A stretch of DNA of 44,502 nucleotides from Patescibacteria group bacterium (GTDB lineage: Bacteria > Patescibacteriota > Minisyncoccia > Portnoybacterales > UBA2143), in contig JAHJUH010000067.1 in the NCBI GenBank assembly GCA_018829245.1, positions 1 through 44,502 of the forward strand. Reading direction: 5' to 3'. Position 1 is the stretch's first letter. Every line of letters starts with the position of its first letter. The translations under genes were made by a program, and so were the position numbers. The notes under the pieces are model-generated. The model was not told the DNA's origin, made no database searches, and was given only the letters and a program-made list of their open reading frames with translations. Positions 27,725 through 38,175 of the stretch are shown piece after piece.

Positions 27725-28392
27725 TAAAATAAATTCTTGATCAAACACCAGACATAACGATGAGCCACTTTCCAAACAACAATACCTGATTCACCAAATT
27801 TTCTTTTGTATTCATGAGAAGGAACTTCAGACGTCTTGTATCCTTTTTTTAAAGCTTTCATAATCATTTCTTGTTCGATAGTAAAAATATTCTCGGTCAT
27901 TCCTATATCTAATCCCGTTTTTCTTCGAATAGCTCTAAAACCATTTTGAGAATCAGTTAAACGAACATCAAATCGATAATTAATAGACAGAGTAATAATA
28001 TCACTCCCAACAATTCGAATAAATTTACCAATATCTCCATGAAGTTCATCACTTCCTCCACGCATTCTTGAACCAACAACTAGGTCAGATTTGCCTTCTT
28101 TAATAGGTTGAATCATAGTGGGAATATCTTTTGGGTCATGAGAACCATCAGCATCAATAAAAACAACAATATCGTGCTTAGCTTCTTTAAGAGCAACTCT
28201 TAAGCCATCTCCTTTACCTTGGCCATTATCTAAGACAACACGAGCTCCATATTTCTCAGCTAACTCCCTCGTCTTGTCGGTTGAATGACCATCAACAACT
28301 AAAACTTCATCACCAAAAGGTAAACACCCTTTAACGATTTCTTCAATCATTTGTTCTTCATTCCTAGTTGGTATAACGACGCTTGTTTTCAT
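27724..28392 (-). CDS. Soluble GT2 glycosyltransferase
   Basis: SVVIPTRNEE, LVVDGHSTDKT, FIDADGSHD (DxD). 222 aa with no TM helices. Confidence 0.85.
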   Translation of the reverse strand: MKTSVVIPTRNEEQMIEEIVKGCLPFGDEVLVVDGHSTDKTRELAEKYGARVVLDNGQGKGDGLRVALKEAKHDIVVFIDADGSHDPKDIPTMIQPIKEGKSDLVVGSRMRGGSDELHGDIGKFIRIVGSDIITLSINYRFDVRLTDSQNGFRAIRRKTGLDIGMTENIFTIEQEMIMKALKKGYKTSEVPSHEYKRKFGESGIVVWKVAHRYVWCLIKNLF

Positions 28393-29746
28393 ATGATTTT
28401 ATAAAATAATAAATTGCATAAATAACAAAAATAAAAAGAAAGGGTTGAAGTGGTAAACGCAGGCGAGCCATAGCTGCCCAGCTAGAGGTAATAAAGAAAT
28501 AGCCAATAATAACCAACATAGCTAAAGCAATTCTTAATAGCTTCTTATTCCTAATCATTAAGACTACACCAATTAAAGCAATTAAATCAATCAAAAGCCA
28601 AAAAATGATGCCTATAATCCTAACCCAAAAAGTTGGCATATTCTTTAAAGAAGAAAATAATGTTTGAAAATCTTTTTGGACTAATAAATTTGATATATTA
28701 ATTGACGAAGAATCACCTAAATCAATATTCCAAAAATTTAGAATATTCGTCCAACCAGAATCAGTAAGCGCAGGCAAGGCCTTAATCAAATGAAACTTCA
28801 AAAAAATTAATGGCTGAGCTCTAATGATTGAAGAATTGATTTCTTTCAAAATTGGAATATATTCATCTTTTAAGTAAATATCATTGAAGTTATCTACGCC
28901 TGCTTTAGTTACAGCTAAATTATTTATATATTCTTCTGCTTGATCAACAGATAAATTAGTAGATAAAGCTAAGAAATTAGGCACGACATTAAAAAAGTAT
29001 AATAAATGAGTCTGATTAGAAATAACATAGCTATCAAACTGAATCTTATTCCTAATACACCAGGGAGCAGTTATAGCTAAAAATACAAACAAGAAAACAA
29101 CTAATATTTTGATGATATTAACTAAAGCAATTTTACGCCAAAGCATTATAAAGGTCATAACAACTATAGCTGGATAAAATAAAAATGCGATTTGCCTGAT
29201 CCAGGCAGCTAAACCTAAAAAGATAGCTGAAAGTATAATATATTTCCATTTCTGATTCTTCCAAGATAAAGCTAAAAGATAAACAGAGAGCATAAATAGG
29301 AAAAGAAAAGGAGTTTCAGACATAACTGTACTAGACCAGAATAAACTAAAAGGTTCGAAAGCCATAAAAATAGCTGAAGCTATTGAAATAGTATTATTAA
29401 AAAACAAACGAGCAAATTTATAAACAAAAACAATAAATAAAGAATAAATTATATTTTGCCAAAGAACAACAAAAAGATATTTAGGAATAATCAGCCAAGA
29501 AATACCCAAAAGGATAGGATAACCTGGAGCCGGAAAAGAATTTGGTATTAACGGTTCAGTTAAACTATTAGTGAAAACTCCTTCAGTTAAAAAGTTCAAG
29601 CCAGCTGGTAAATAAACATCAGCTCCCGCAATAAATCCTTGATCACCTAAAGAGAAAAAAGCAATTAACGAAAAAACAAGACGAGGGATTAAAGCCAAAA
29701 GGAATAAGACAACAACTATTTTATTTTTCTTAAACCAATCATTCAT
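28364..29746 (-). CDS. Polytopic membrane protein, GT-C (ArnT/PMT_2)-like candidate
   Basis: 460 aa with ~11 hydrophobic helices. The first loop carries D/E residues (SLGDQGFIAGADVY). It sits between GT4 and GT2 genes. Confidence 0.5.
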   Translation of the reverse strand: MNDWFKKNKIVVVLFLLALIPRLVFSLIAFFSLGDQGFIAGADVYLPAGLNFLTEGVFTNSLTEPLIPNSFPAPGYPILLGISWLIIPKYLFVVLWQNIIYSLFIVFVYKFARLFFNNTISIASAIFMAFEPFSLFWSSTVMSETPFLFLFMLSVYLLALSWKNQKWKYIILSAIFLGLAAWIRQIAFLFYPAIVVMTFIMLWRKIALVNIIKILVVFLFVFLAITAPWCIRNKIQFDSYVISNQTHLLYFFNVVPNFLALSTNLSVDQAEEYINNLAVTKAGVDNFNDIYLKDEYIPILKEINSSIIRAQPLIFLKFHLIKALPALTDSGWTNILNFWNIDLGDSSSINISNLLVQKDFQTLFSSLKNMPTFWVRIIGIIFWLLIDLIALIGVVLMIRNKKLLRIALAMLVIIGYFFITSSWAAMARLRLPLQPFLFIFVIYAIYYFIKSYENKRRYTN

Positions 29747-30878
29747 TTCCTAAAATAAATCTTAAAATATTCCTGGCTCTTTTTTGCCAACTATACTTTT
29801 GGACATCTTCATAGGCCTGCACTGAGATTCTAACAGAAAAATCAGTGTTTTTCAACGCTCGCTCAATCCCTTTAGCTAGCTCTTGTGGATTGTCCGGCTC
29901 AACTAAAATCGCATTATTTTCACTTAGAACTTCTCTTAAAGACGGCAAATCTGAAGCAACAACTGGACGCCTAGAAGCCATATATTCGAACATTTTTAAA
30001 GGAGAAGTCCAACTTTTTGAAATATCCATCTTTCCTGAATTAGGTATAACTAAAACATCAGCTGATTTTAAATAACAAGGCATTTCTGAATAAGGTCGAT
30101 GTCCTAAAATTAGAATATTATTTAAATTTTTGTTCTTTTTCCTAAATTTTTCTAAATCCTCTTTTGTTCCACCAACAAAAACAATAAATATATCTTTATC
30201 TAAAAATTTAGAAGCATCGGCCAAGACTTGAACTCCCTTCCACTTATATAGATGACTATTAGTTAAAATAATTTTTTTATCTAAAGGTAATCCTAGTTTT
30301 TCTCTAGCTTCTTTTTTTGAAATATTTATATTAAATTTTTCTAGATCAACTCCATCTGGAGCAACTAAAATTTTATCTTTTTGAATCCCTTTTTTAATTA
30401 AAGTATTTTTTAAGATTTCAGTGATAACAATGATCTTATTAGCTTTTTCAAGAATTCTTTTATGTAAGAAAAAATTCTTTGGAAAAGTATGAATTTCATA
30501 AACAAAATTACTTTTGAAAAAACTTAATAAATATAAAGAAAAAGAATCACGAGAATAGATAAGATCCGCTTTTTTAAATAATAGATAAAAACTAGCTAAA
30601 AAGTAAAAAGAAAAAGCTTGAATCCAGGATCCCAAGGATCCCATAACTTTTTCCCAAGGTATCAAATCAAGAGAAAAAATCTTTTTAATTTGAAAAGAAC
30701 GATTAACATCATAATAAATAAAAGGGTCTATACTTTTAAGTAATCTATTAAATCTTTTAGCCACTATTAACTCAACCTCTGCTCTGTTCTTAACAAAGGC
30801 CTCACACATTTTCATAATTTGAATACCGTGCGCTTTTTCTGTCGGCATTCGCATATTAGTAATATAAATAATCTTCAT
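29739..30878 (-). CDS. GT4 (GT-B fold) glycosyltransferase
   Basis: SPLKMFEYMASRRPVVASD motif. The tracked ORF starts at GTG 30893. ATG 30878 (MKIIYITN) gives an ATGA overlap with the upstream TGA and a paralog-like N-terminus. Confidence 0.85.
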   Translation of the reverse strand: MKIIYITNMRMPTEKAHGIQIMKMCEAFVKNRAEVELIVAKRFNRLLKSIDPFIYYDVNRSFQIKKIFSLDLIPWEKVMGSLGSWIQAFSFYFLASFYLLFKKADLIYSRDSFSLYLLSFFKSNFVYEIHTFPKNFFLHKRILEKANKIIVITEILKNTLIKKGIQKDKILVAPDGVDLEKFNINISKKEAREKLGLPLDKKIILTNSHLYKWKGVQVLADASKFLDKDIFIVFVGGTKEDLEKFRKKNKNLNNILILGHRPYSEMPCYLKSADVLVIPNSGKMDISKSWTSPLKMFEYMASRRPVVASDLPSLREVLSENNAILVEPDNPQELAKGIERALKNTDFSVRISVQAYEDVQKYSWQKRARNILRFILGNE

Positions 30879-31963
30879 CCTAAACGACAACACCTTTTAC
30901 AAATAGGCGTTAAATTATTCTTTAATAAATCCAATCTTAATTTCTTAAATTTATTATTGTTCCAAATCTGGCTTAGTGGCTGCTCCAGTAAATTTCCTAA
31001 TTTAGTTTTAATAATCGGACAGAAAATAATATTCCCTTGAGCATCAACTCGGCAAGCAAATAAATCCTTACATCCTACATCTACATTTTCTCTCAAAGAC
31101 CCATTAAAATAGAATAAGGAGTGTCTATCATAAACTCGTGGTTGAATCATAAAGCTGATACCTTTAATACTTCTTACCTTTTTTAATAATTTTTCTATTT
31201 TCTGATGAGAAAAACTATATTGCGTTTCTTCTTTTTCTTCAGTACTAATATCCTCTAAGGGAATACTGAGAGCCCTACTAGACATTAATATTTCTTGAGG
31301 AGTAGAAAAGATTTCAAACTGCCAGGAAAAATTTTGAACACCCTGTTTCTTAAAAATATCAACTATTTCTAATAATTGATCTAAATTTTCCTTAAAAAGA
31401 ACTGTATTAATGCTAACACTAAAATCTTGAGATAACATTTTTAAAGCCTGAGCTGTTCTTTCAAAAGCTGTTTCTGAACCTCTAATCATATTATGTGTCT
31501 CAGGTAAACCATCTATAGAAACACCAATACCTCTAACTGTCTTTTTAAGTTTTTTTAATTTCTTAACTCTTTCCTCATTCAATAAAGTGGCGTTAGTAGA
31601 TAAATGAACTTTTATCTTTCTTCTCTGACATTCTTCTAAAATCTCAAAAATATCAGGATGAACAAAAATTTCTCCACCAATAAAAGAAAGATAATTAACA
31701 GATGGGCCTAAATTATCTAAAATCTTACAAAAATCTTTAAAACTATAATCCGTTTTGATCAGCTTTCGGTCTTCTTTCTGAGTACACATTTTGCAATTAA
31801 GATTGCATTTAAGAGTCAATTCTATAGTTGCTGTTTTGGGTAGCTCGATATTTCCATCAGAAGCCATTTCTTGCTTATTAAAATGATAACTAACTTGCCT
31901 CGCTTTTTGAGCGAATTTCCATAAACCTAATTTCTTTAATGTTTTTTTGATTAATAATCTCAT
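30875..31963 (-). CDS. Radical SAM protein with C-terminal SPASM-like Cys-rich domain
   Basis: Cluster motif CNLNCKMC following IELTLK. C-terminal cysteines are GCKDLFACRVD, IIFCP and PICKRCC. Confidence 0.85.
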   Translation of the reverse strand: MRLLIKKTLKKLGLWKFAQKARQVSYHFNKQEMASDGNIELPKTATIELTLKCNLNCKMCTQKEDRKLIKTDYSFKDFCKILDNLGPSVNYLSFIGGEIFVHPDIFEILEECQRRKIKVHLSTNATLLNEERVKKLKKLKKTVRGIGVSIDGLPETHNMIRGSETAFERTAQALKMLSQDFSVSINTVLFKENLDQLLEIVDIFKKQGVQNFSWQFEIFSTPQEILMSSRALSIPLEDISTEEKEETQYSFSHQKIEKLLKKVRSIKGISFMIQPRVYDRHSLFYFNGSLRENVDVGCKDLFACRVDAQGNIIFCPIIKTKLGNLLEQPLSQIWNNNKFKKLRLDLLKNNLTPICKRCCRLG

Positions 31964-32610
31964 TTTTTAGCAATAACAAAGTAACTTATAGGACAAGGAT
32001 GTAATTTTTTAATTTTTTTAGGAATTAACTTATCAAGCAATAATGCTTTAGCAAAAGCAAAAAAACGAATGAAATTAAAAATGAAAAAACTATGCCATAA
32101 ATTAACTCCAGCTGAAAATCTTTCGCCCAAAGGAATAATTTCGAAATTAGAAAAACCACTTCCTTCTAATAACTTTGTCAGGCCTTGAGAGGTCAATCTT
32201 CGATAATCATTTGGCTCTGGTGCTTCATTGTTTATCAAAGGAGAATTAAAGAAAAAAATTCCGCCTGGCTTTAAAACTCTACGAATTTCCCTTAATAGAT
32301 TTTTTGGCTCCTCAATGATATAGATAGCATTAAATAAAAAGATGTTATCAGCATGATTATCTTTAAAAGGAAGATCGTGATTCAAGTTAGCTACTACATC
32401 AACACCTTCTTTCTCCTTGTAATCAACCTTAATAACCTTATTCTTATCTAGTCCCCAATAACGATAATAACTTGGATTACTGCCAGCTGCTAAATCAATA
32501 GAAATCCCTTTTAGATTCTGACAATGTTTTTGAACTTGCCAGTTAAATAGAATCCGACCTAAACTTTTGCCAGTAAAAACTTCTTTAGTAAAATTGAAAA
32601 ATTTATTCAT
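31960..32610 (-). CDS. Class I SAM-dependent methyltransferase
   Basis: IDLAAGS (degenerate motif I), DNIFLFNAIYIIEE, LKPGGIFFFNSP. Confidence 0.7.
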   Translation of the reverse strand: MNKFFNFTKEVFTGKSLGRILFNWQVQKHCQNLKGISIDLAAGSNPSYYRYWGLDKNKVIKVDYKEKEGVDVVANLNHDLPFKDNHADNIFLFNAIYIIEEPKNLLREIRRVLKPGGIFFFNSPLINNEAPEPNDYRRLTSQGLTKLLEGSGFSNFEIIPLGERFSAGVNLWHSFFIFNFIRFFAFAKALLLDKLIPKKIKKLHPCPISYFVIAKK

Positions 32611-33374
32611 ATATTTAAATTAAATTTAAATTTTGTTTTAAACTCTTCAAAATTAGTTTTTGAATTAATTGATTGACGAGGTAATTTGAATAAATCTACA
32701 TTTTCACTCACTAAACCACTCTTAATGGTTAATCCAGCCTTAAAACCAGACTCTTTTAAAATGTCGACCACTTCTTGATTAAAATTTCCTCGAGGATAAG
32801 CAAAAAAATTACATTTTTTATTAAGCTTTTCTTGAACAATTCTTTTTGATTCTTCTATTTCTCTTTTAGCTTCCATTGGGTTAATTTGACTTAATTCTGA
32901 ATGAGTCAAAGTATGTGGTTGAAAATCAATTAAGCCCGATTGATCCATTTCCTGTATTTGCGGCCAATTAAGCATATCTAAAACAATTTTTTGAGAATCA
33001 CCTATTTTCTGATCAATTAAATCAACTGCTAAAAATATAGTAACTGGGAAATCATATTCTTTAAGAATTGGCCAAACATTAGAATGGTTATTTTGATATC
33101 CATCATCAAAAGTTAAAACAACTGTCTTTTTGGGAATAACTTGTTTTTTTTCTATCCATTCAACTAATTGGCTTAAACTAATAATATTAAACTTCTTTCT
33201 TTTTAAGTATTCTATCTGTCTAATAAATTCTTTTGATTCAACATTAAAAAACAAATTGTTTTCACCTACAGAATGATACATCAAAATTGTTGCCTTGTTA
33301 GAATAAGGTTTTAAAAATAAGAGATAATTAAGACAAAAATAAATAATGTTTTTGATGACTCTTTTTATTCTCAT
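32607..33374 (-). CDS. Polysaccharide deacetylase (CE4, NodB homology domain)
   Basis: VVLTFDDGYQNN (metal/catalytic Asp motif), HTLTH, YPRG. N-terminal signal-anchor-like helix. Confidence 0.85.
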   Translation of the reverse strand: MRIKRVIKNIIYFCLNYLLFLKPYSNKATILMYHSVGENNLFFNVESKEFIRQIEYLKRKKFNIISLSQLVEWIEKKQVIPKKTVVLTFDDGYQNNHSNVWPILKEYDFPVTIFLAVDLIDQKIGDSQKIVLDMLNWPQIQEMDQSGLIDFQPHTLTHSELSQINPMEAKREIEESKRIVQEKLNKKCNFFAYPRGNFNQEVVDILKESGFKAGLTIKSGLVSENVDLFKLPRQSINSKTNFEEFKTKFKFNLNI

Positions 33375-34382
33375 TTATTTAAATTTTAACCAACTAGGAG
33401 GCAAATTTTTTAAGATTTCAATATTAGCGAACGGTTTAATCTGTTTAACTTCTACTTCCTTTGCCCATTGAGTCATTTCTTCTATGCCTTGTTCTAAATT
33501 AATTTTATCCTGATAATTTAAGATATTTTTTACTCTTTTATGATCTGAATAAGCGTATTTGACTTCACTTCTCTCTAATAAATGGTTAATTCTAGTTTTC
33601 TTTCCCATAGCCTTAAATACCAGATCAGCTAATCTATTAACCGTTACCGCTTGATCAGTACCAATGTTAAAAACTTGGTTATATGCTTTTGGTTTAAATA
33701 TTGATTCAGCTATAACTGATGATATGTCTTTGATGTGAGTAAAAGCTCTTTTTTGTTTACCATCACCAAAAATAGTTATTGGTAAATTTTGCATGATTTG
33801 ATTTATAAAAATACCTACCACATTACGATACTTGTCGCTAAGATTCTGTCTTGAACCATAAACATTATGAGGACGAAAAATGATATGATTTAAACCAAAC
33901 ATTTCTTGACTAACTCTTAATTCCATTTCAACCGCATATTTAGCAATACCATACGAATCTTCAGGCTCAGGTATCATTTCTTCAATCATTGGAACTTGGC
34001 CTGGACCATAAACTGCGATTGATGAAGTAAAAACAAAACATTTAACATTATGATTGACTGAAGCGTTAATAAGATTAACGCTACCAACTAAATTATTTTG
34101 ATAGTTATAGTGTTTTATAAAATGGCTTAAACCCTCAGCTGCATAGGCCGCTAAATGAAAAACATAATCAAATTTATTCTCTTTAAATAATTTATTGATC
34201 AATTTGACATCATTAATGCTCCCCTTAACAAATTTAGCCTTAGGATTAACGTTTCTCTTAAAGCCACCACTTAAATCATCTAAAACAATCACTTCCTGGC
34301 CTAATTTGATTAATTCATCGGCTACATAAGAACCAATAAAACCAGCTCCTCCGGTTACTAATACTTTATTTTTCTTTTTCAT
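33375..34382 (-). CDS. NAD-dependent sugar-nucleotide epimerase/dehydratase (extended SDR)
   Basis: VLVTGGAGFIGS Rossmann motif, catalytic YGIAK (YxxxK), 335 aa. Confidence 0.85.
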   Translation of the reverse strand: MKKKNKVLVTGGAGFIGSYVADELIKLGQEVIVLDDLSGGFKRNVNPKAKFVKGSINDVKLINKLFKENKFDYVFHLAAYAAEGLSHFIKHYNYQNNLVGSVNLINASVNHNVKCFVFTSSIAVYGPGQVPMIEEMIPEPEDSYGIAKYAVEMELRVSQEMFGLNHIIFRPHNVYGSRQNLSDKYRNVVGIFINQIMQNLPITIFGDGKQKRAFTHIKDISSVIAESIFKPKAYNQVFNIGTDQAVTVNRLADLVFKAMGKKTRINHLLERSEVKYAYSDHKRVKNILNYQDKINLEQGIEEMTQWAKEVEVKQIKPFANIEILKNLPPSWLKFK

Positions 34383-35427
34383 ATTTTTTTAAAATGTTTA
34401 ATAATTCTAATCCTAAAACGCTAGGACAAAATTTCTTTTTATACAAATCATACCCTTGTCTAGCTAATTTTTCTCTTAATTCTTGATTGTTTTTTAACTC
34501 TAAAATTTTGTTGGCCAAACTTTGAGCATTAGCAATCTGACAAAAAGCTAATTCTTGATTATCTCTAAACGCTTCCATCATTGCCAATGTGTTAGCTGTA
34601 ATAACTGGTTTTCTCATTGCTATGCATTCGTACAATTTATTTGGGATAACTCTCTTAGCTTTAATTGTATCACCAAATATACCTAAACAAATATCTGATT
34701 GAGCAATATATTCCGAAACTTCTTCTACTGGGATAAGATCGACTAATTCTATTCTATCTTGAAGATTAAAATACTCTATTTTCTCCTTAATATTTTTATA
34801 TTCTTGACCATTGCCAATCAAACGAAAAAAGATATTTTCATCTTTTAAAATATTAGCTGCTTCAATAATATACTTAACACCTTGAAGAGGAATATATGTA
34901 CCGTGGAAGTGAACTATAAATTTATCCCGATCTTTTTCAACTATTCTTGGATAAAAAGTAGCATCGTCAGCCCCAATAAAAATACGATTAAACTTAGATG
35001 ATTTTATATTAAATGTCTTAATAAAATAATTTATATGTTCGTTAGTATCTAATAAAATCTCGTCAGCTAATTTACAAGACAACCAATCAAAGAACCAATA
35101 GTATTTTGCTTTTAAGCTCTTTTTTGGAACCAATTTCCTATCAAGAACCATGGAATCATAAAGTGATAAAAAAGCATCAAAAACTATCTTCTTCCGACAA
35201 ATTAATTTAGCTAAAGGAACTATCGTCTGGCCGGGAAACCCAACAACTATAATATCAATTTTTTTTCTTAATTTCCAATATTGTTTAATTAAATCAAAGT
35301 ACTTAGATAACGAATGTTTTTTGCTATTACATTCAATAACCTCAACTCCATTTTTTTTTAAACCAGAAATTAGAATTTTATTTCTAGCATAATCTTTATT
35401 GTAGATACCAAAATAGCAAATAACCAT
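34366..35427 (-). CDS. GT-B fold glycosyltransferase (GT4-like)
   Basis: Two-domain length. C-terminal NKLYECIAMRKPVITAN resembles the EX7E region. The N-terminal domain is divergent. Confidence 0.65.
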   Translation of the reverse strand: MVICYFGIYNKDYARNKILISGLKKNGVEVIECNSKKHSLSKYFDLIKQYWKLRKKIDIIVVGFPGQTIVPLAKLICRKKIVFDAFLSLYDSMVLDRKLVPKKSLKAKYYWFFDWLSCKLADEILLDTNEHINYFIKTFNIKSSKFNRIFIGADDATFYPRIVEKDRDKFIVHFHGTYIPLQGVKYIIEAANILKDENIFFRLIGNGQEYKNIKEKIEYFNLQDRIELVDLIPVEEVSEYIAQSDICLGIFGDTIKAKRVIPNKLYECIAMRKPVITANTLAMMEAFRDNQELAFCQIANAQSLANKILELKNNQELREKLARQGYDLYKKKFCPSVLGLELLNILKKYEKEK

Positions 35428-35429
35428 AT

Positions 35430-36473
35430 TTATTTATAAAGCTTAATAATTCTACCAATTAAATTATCTAAGTTATGATTTTTAACAACTTGTTCTCTTA
35501 AGAACAAGCCTATTCCTTTTAATTGATTACTATTGATTAACTTAAGTATTTTTTGAGATAAATCTTTAGCATCCTTTTCTTTAAAAAGCATCTTGTCTAC
35601 AAAGGGACCTAAATCAGATGCAAAAGTTTTATTACAAACTAAAACTGGCAAACCAGAAGCCATTGATTCAAGAACTGCTTTATCAGGCGAACCAGTTGGA
35701 CAAAGATTAATTGATAAATCTGATTCTTGATAATATCTTGGCAATTCTTGATTGGGGATTAAGCCCTTAAATCTAATAACCTTATCTAACCCTTTATTCT
35801 TAACCATCCATTTTAGCTTATCAAAATATATTTCCTGTTTCTTTATACCCGGCCCACCAATAATATCAACTTTAATATCTATCTTGTCGCGAATAATTTC
35901 GATTGCTTCAATTAAAGTTTCGTAATTTTTAATAGGAGAGATTCTGCCTACAGAAATTACTCTAAAAATATCGTTTTTATTTTTTTGCTCAGCTGGTTTA
36001 AATAATTCCGTATCAATACCATGTCCAACAACTACTTTCTTATCTGACTTTAAACCAAATCCTTCCTGGGTTGGAGTAATAATCTTTTCAGCAAAAAAAG
36101 CCATTAATTTAACTCGCCAATTAATTGCCTTGTGCGAATACCAAGAAACAATTTTTTTCCTACGAAGTTTAGCCAAAGGACCAATTAAAATTGTATATTC
36201 TGGATTTTGATGACAGAAAACACCATCAACTTTTCCAATAAACTTAAAAGCACCTCTATAAAAATTAATGAATTCTCTTAATTTATTCTTACCATTTTCT
36301 TTACCTAAAGAAAAAACTTCAACATTATTAGATAATCCTTTAGTATTTCCTTTTTCTAAGCAAATTACCTTTAAAACATCTACTTGCTGCCCCATCTTCT
36401 TAACCCAACCATAAGTAAATCCAGCTTGGGCATCGTCCCTATCAACTTTTCTTGTGATCATTAGTAATTTCAT
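35430..36473 (-). CDS. GT4 (GT-B fold) glycosyltransferase
   Basis: VGRISPIKN linker motif, SPDKAVLESMASGLPVLV. Confidence 0.8.
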   Translation of the reverse strand: MKLLMITRKVDRDDAQAGFTYGWVKKMGQQVDVLKVICLEKGNTKGLSNNVEVFSLGKENGKNKLREFINFYRGAFKFIGKVDGVFCHQNPEYTILIGPLAKLRRKKIVSWYSHKAINWRVKLMAFFAEKIITPTQEGFGLKSDKKVVVGHGIDTELFKPAEQKNKNDIFRVISVGRISPIKNYETLIEAIEIIRDKIDIKVDIIGGPGIKKQEIYFDKLKWMVKNKGLDKVIRFKGLIPNQELPRYYQESDLSINLCPTGSPDKAVLESMASGLPVLVCNKTFASDLGPFVDKMLFKEKDAKDLSQKILKLINSNQLKGIGLFLREQVVKNHNLDNLIGRIIKLYK

Positions 36474-37048
36474 TTGATTAAATATATATGATAACCGGAT
36501 GGTTGTTGTCCGGAAAAAAACTTATCGAAAAATCTAATTAATGGGGTTAAAATTCTTATCTTTCTTAAGGGAGTTAAATTAAAAACTGTTTCTAAATTTC
36601 CTCGGACTGGACAAATTTCTATTGAATTAAAATCTCTAAATAAATACTTGATTCCATCCTTTGTATATCGATAATAGTCTTTATAACCACCCTTATGAGC
36701 ATGATAAGGATATAAAAAAGGAACATAAACAAGACATTTACCACTATCTTTTAAAACTCGGTAAATTTCTTTAGCTGCTTTCCCCGGTTCTTTAACATGC
36801 TCTAAAACGGCTTTACAAATAATAGCATCAACTGATTTATCTTCAAGAGGAAGATTACAAACATCACCAATAATATCTGGTTGATAACTTGCTTCGATAT
36901 CTAAGGTCTTGTAATCACTGTTTTTAAAAAGTTCTTGATATTTATCTAAATCTTTTTGAAAACGAAAACCACCACCAATATCTAAAATCTTCTTTTCTTT
37001 GGCAATTTCCTTTATCTTATCATCAAAGAATTTTTCCCACTTAATCAT
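36470..37048 (-). CDS. Class I SAM-dependent methyltransferase
   Basis: ILDIGGG (motif I), LDIE, VDAIICKAVLEHV, LKDSGKCLVYVP. The tracked TTG start is at 37063. ATG 37048 gives an ATGA overlap with the upstream TGA. Confidence 0.75.
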   Translation of the reverse strand: MIKWEKFFDDKIKEIAKEKKILDIGGGFRFQKDLDKYQELFKNSDYKTLDIEASYQPDIIGDVCNLPLEDKSVDAIICKAVLEHVKEPGKAAKEIYRVLKDSGKCLVYVPFLYPYHAHKGGYKDYYRYTKDGIKYLFRDFNSIEICPVRGNLETVFNLTPLRKIRILTPLIRFFDKFFSGQQPSGYHIYLIK

Positions 37049-38175
37049 ATTAGATCCTTCCAAAAACTAACTATTTTACCAATAATCTTTTCTTGATTGA
37101 ATCTTTCTTTAACCATTACTTTACCAGCTTGGGCTATTTCCTCAGCTTTATCTGGATTATTAAGTAAATAAAGAACCTTTTTAGCCAAAGCTTCGCTATC
37201 ACCAATCGGTACTAAAAATCCATTGACTCCATCTTTAATTACTTCCTTGGAACCAGTTGTCTCTGTAGCCACGACAGGAAGCCCAGAGGCCATAGCTTCG
37301 ACTAAAACCTTACCAAAGCTCTCTGAGCAAGAAGAAGAGACATAAACATCTGAAGCGTGATAATAGTTAATTAAATCTTCTTGTTTAATTTTTTTAACCG
37401 AATTTAAGATTAAATTATCATCCCCTTTAATTTTACCTGTTAAAGAGATATTAGCTCCTAATTGCCAAAAAGCAAGTTTTTTGTAGTCCTCATAAACTAA
37501 TTCAATCGTTTTATACAATGTCTTATAATCCTTAGAAGGATCTTTTCGTCCGACATTAATAATCGTTTTATGATTCTTATTCTTTAATCTTAACTTATTA
37601 ACTTTTTTCTCATCATATTTTTCAAATTTTTCTACATTAACTGGCGTTGGAATAACTCTAATTTTTTTATTAGGAACACCAACTTTGATTAATTTGTCTT
37701 TAATCCCAGAACTGACAACTCGAACTCCATCAGCTCCACTAACAACAAACTTACTTAATAAAAGAAAAAACCAATTAAACCACCAACGTCCTTTTTCAAA
37801 AAGCCAATATTTATTATTCCAAAAATCACCATGAAAATGGACTAACAAAGGAATCTTAAATCTTTTTTTAACAAACCAACCTGCTAATCCAGTTAAAAAG
37901 GGATCTTGGCAAACAATCAAATCATATTTATCTGGCCAATAAATTCTTTTAGCTATTTCAAAAGCATCAAGAATGTAATTTATCTTATTTTTTGAATTAG
38001 TTGGATGAACCTTTAGATTCTGACCAAATTCTTTCTTTTTAAAACCTTTTTTAGTAAAAACAATAATATCCAATTGCCCAGCTTCTTGAGCATATTTTTG
38101 ATGGCGTTCTAAAACATCGCCGCTATAATCGGCGCCTAATAAAGTCCTATCAATGCTAATCATTAAAATTCTCAT
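37045..38175 (-). CDS. GT4 (GT-B fold) glycosyltransferase
   Basis: SESFGKVLVEAMASGLPVVATETTGSKE and NGFLV. Confidence 0.85.
   Translation of the reverse strand: MRILMISIDRTLLGADYSGDVLERHQKYAQEAGQLDIIVFTKKGFKKKEFGQNLKVHPTNSKNKINYILDAFEIAKRIYWPDKYDLIVCQDPFLTGLAGWFVKKRFKIPLLVHFHGDFWNNKYWLFEKGRWWFNWFFLLLSKFVVSGADGVRVVSSGIKDKLIKVGVPNKKIRVIPTPVNVEKFEKYDEKKVNKLRLKNKNHKTIINVGRKDPSKDYKTLYKTIELVYEDYKKLAFWQLGANISLTGKIKGDDNLILNSVKKIKQEDLINYYHASDVYVSSSCSESFGKVLVEAMASGLPVVATETTGSKEVIKDGVNGFLVPIGDSEALAKKVLYLLNNPDKAEEIAQAGKVMVKERFNQEKIIGKIVSFWKDLI

Noticed and set aside
26600-28392. A locally higher GC block (spot counts of about 43-52% per 60-nt line, versus about 20% nearby) as evidence for a horizontally acquired GT2 plus radical SAM pair.
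   Set aside because: I made only a few spot counts. Other conserved catalytic cores (for example R4 around 20100) are similarly GC-richer, so amino-acid constraint may explain it. There are no flanking mobility genes or repeats.
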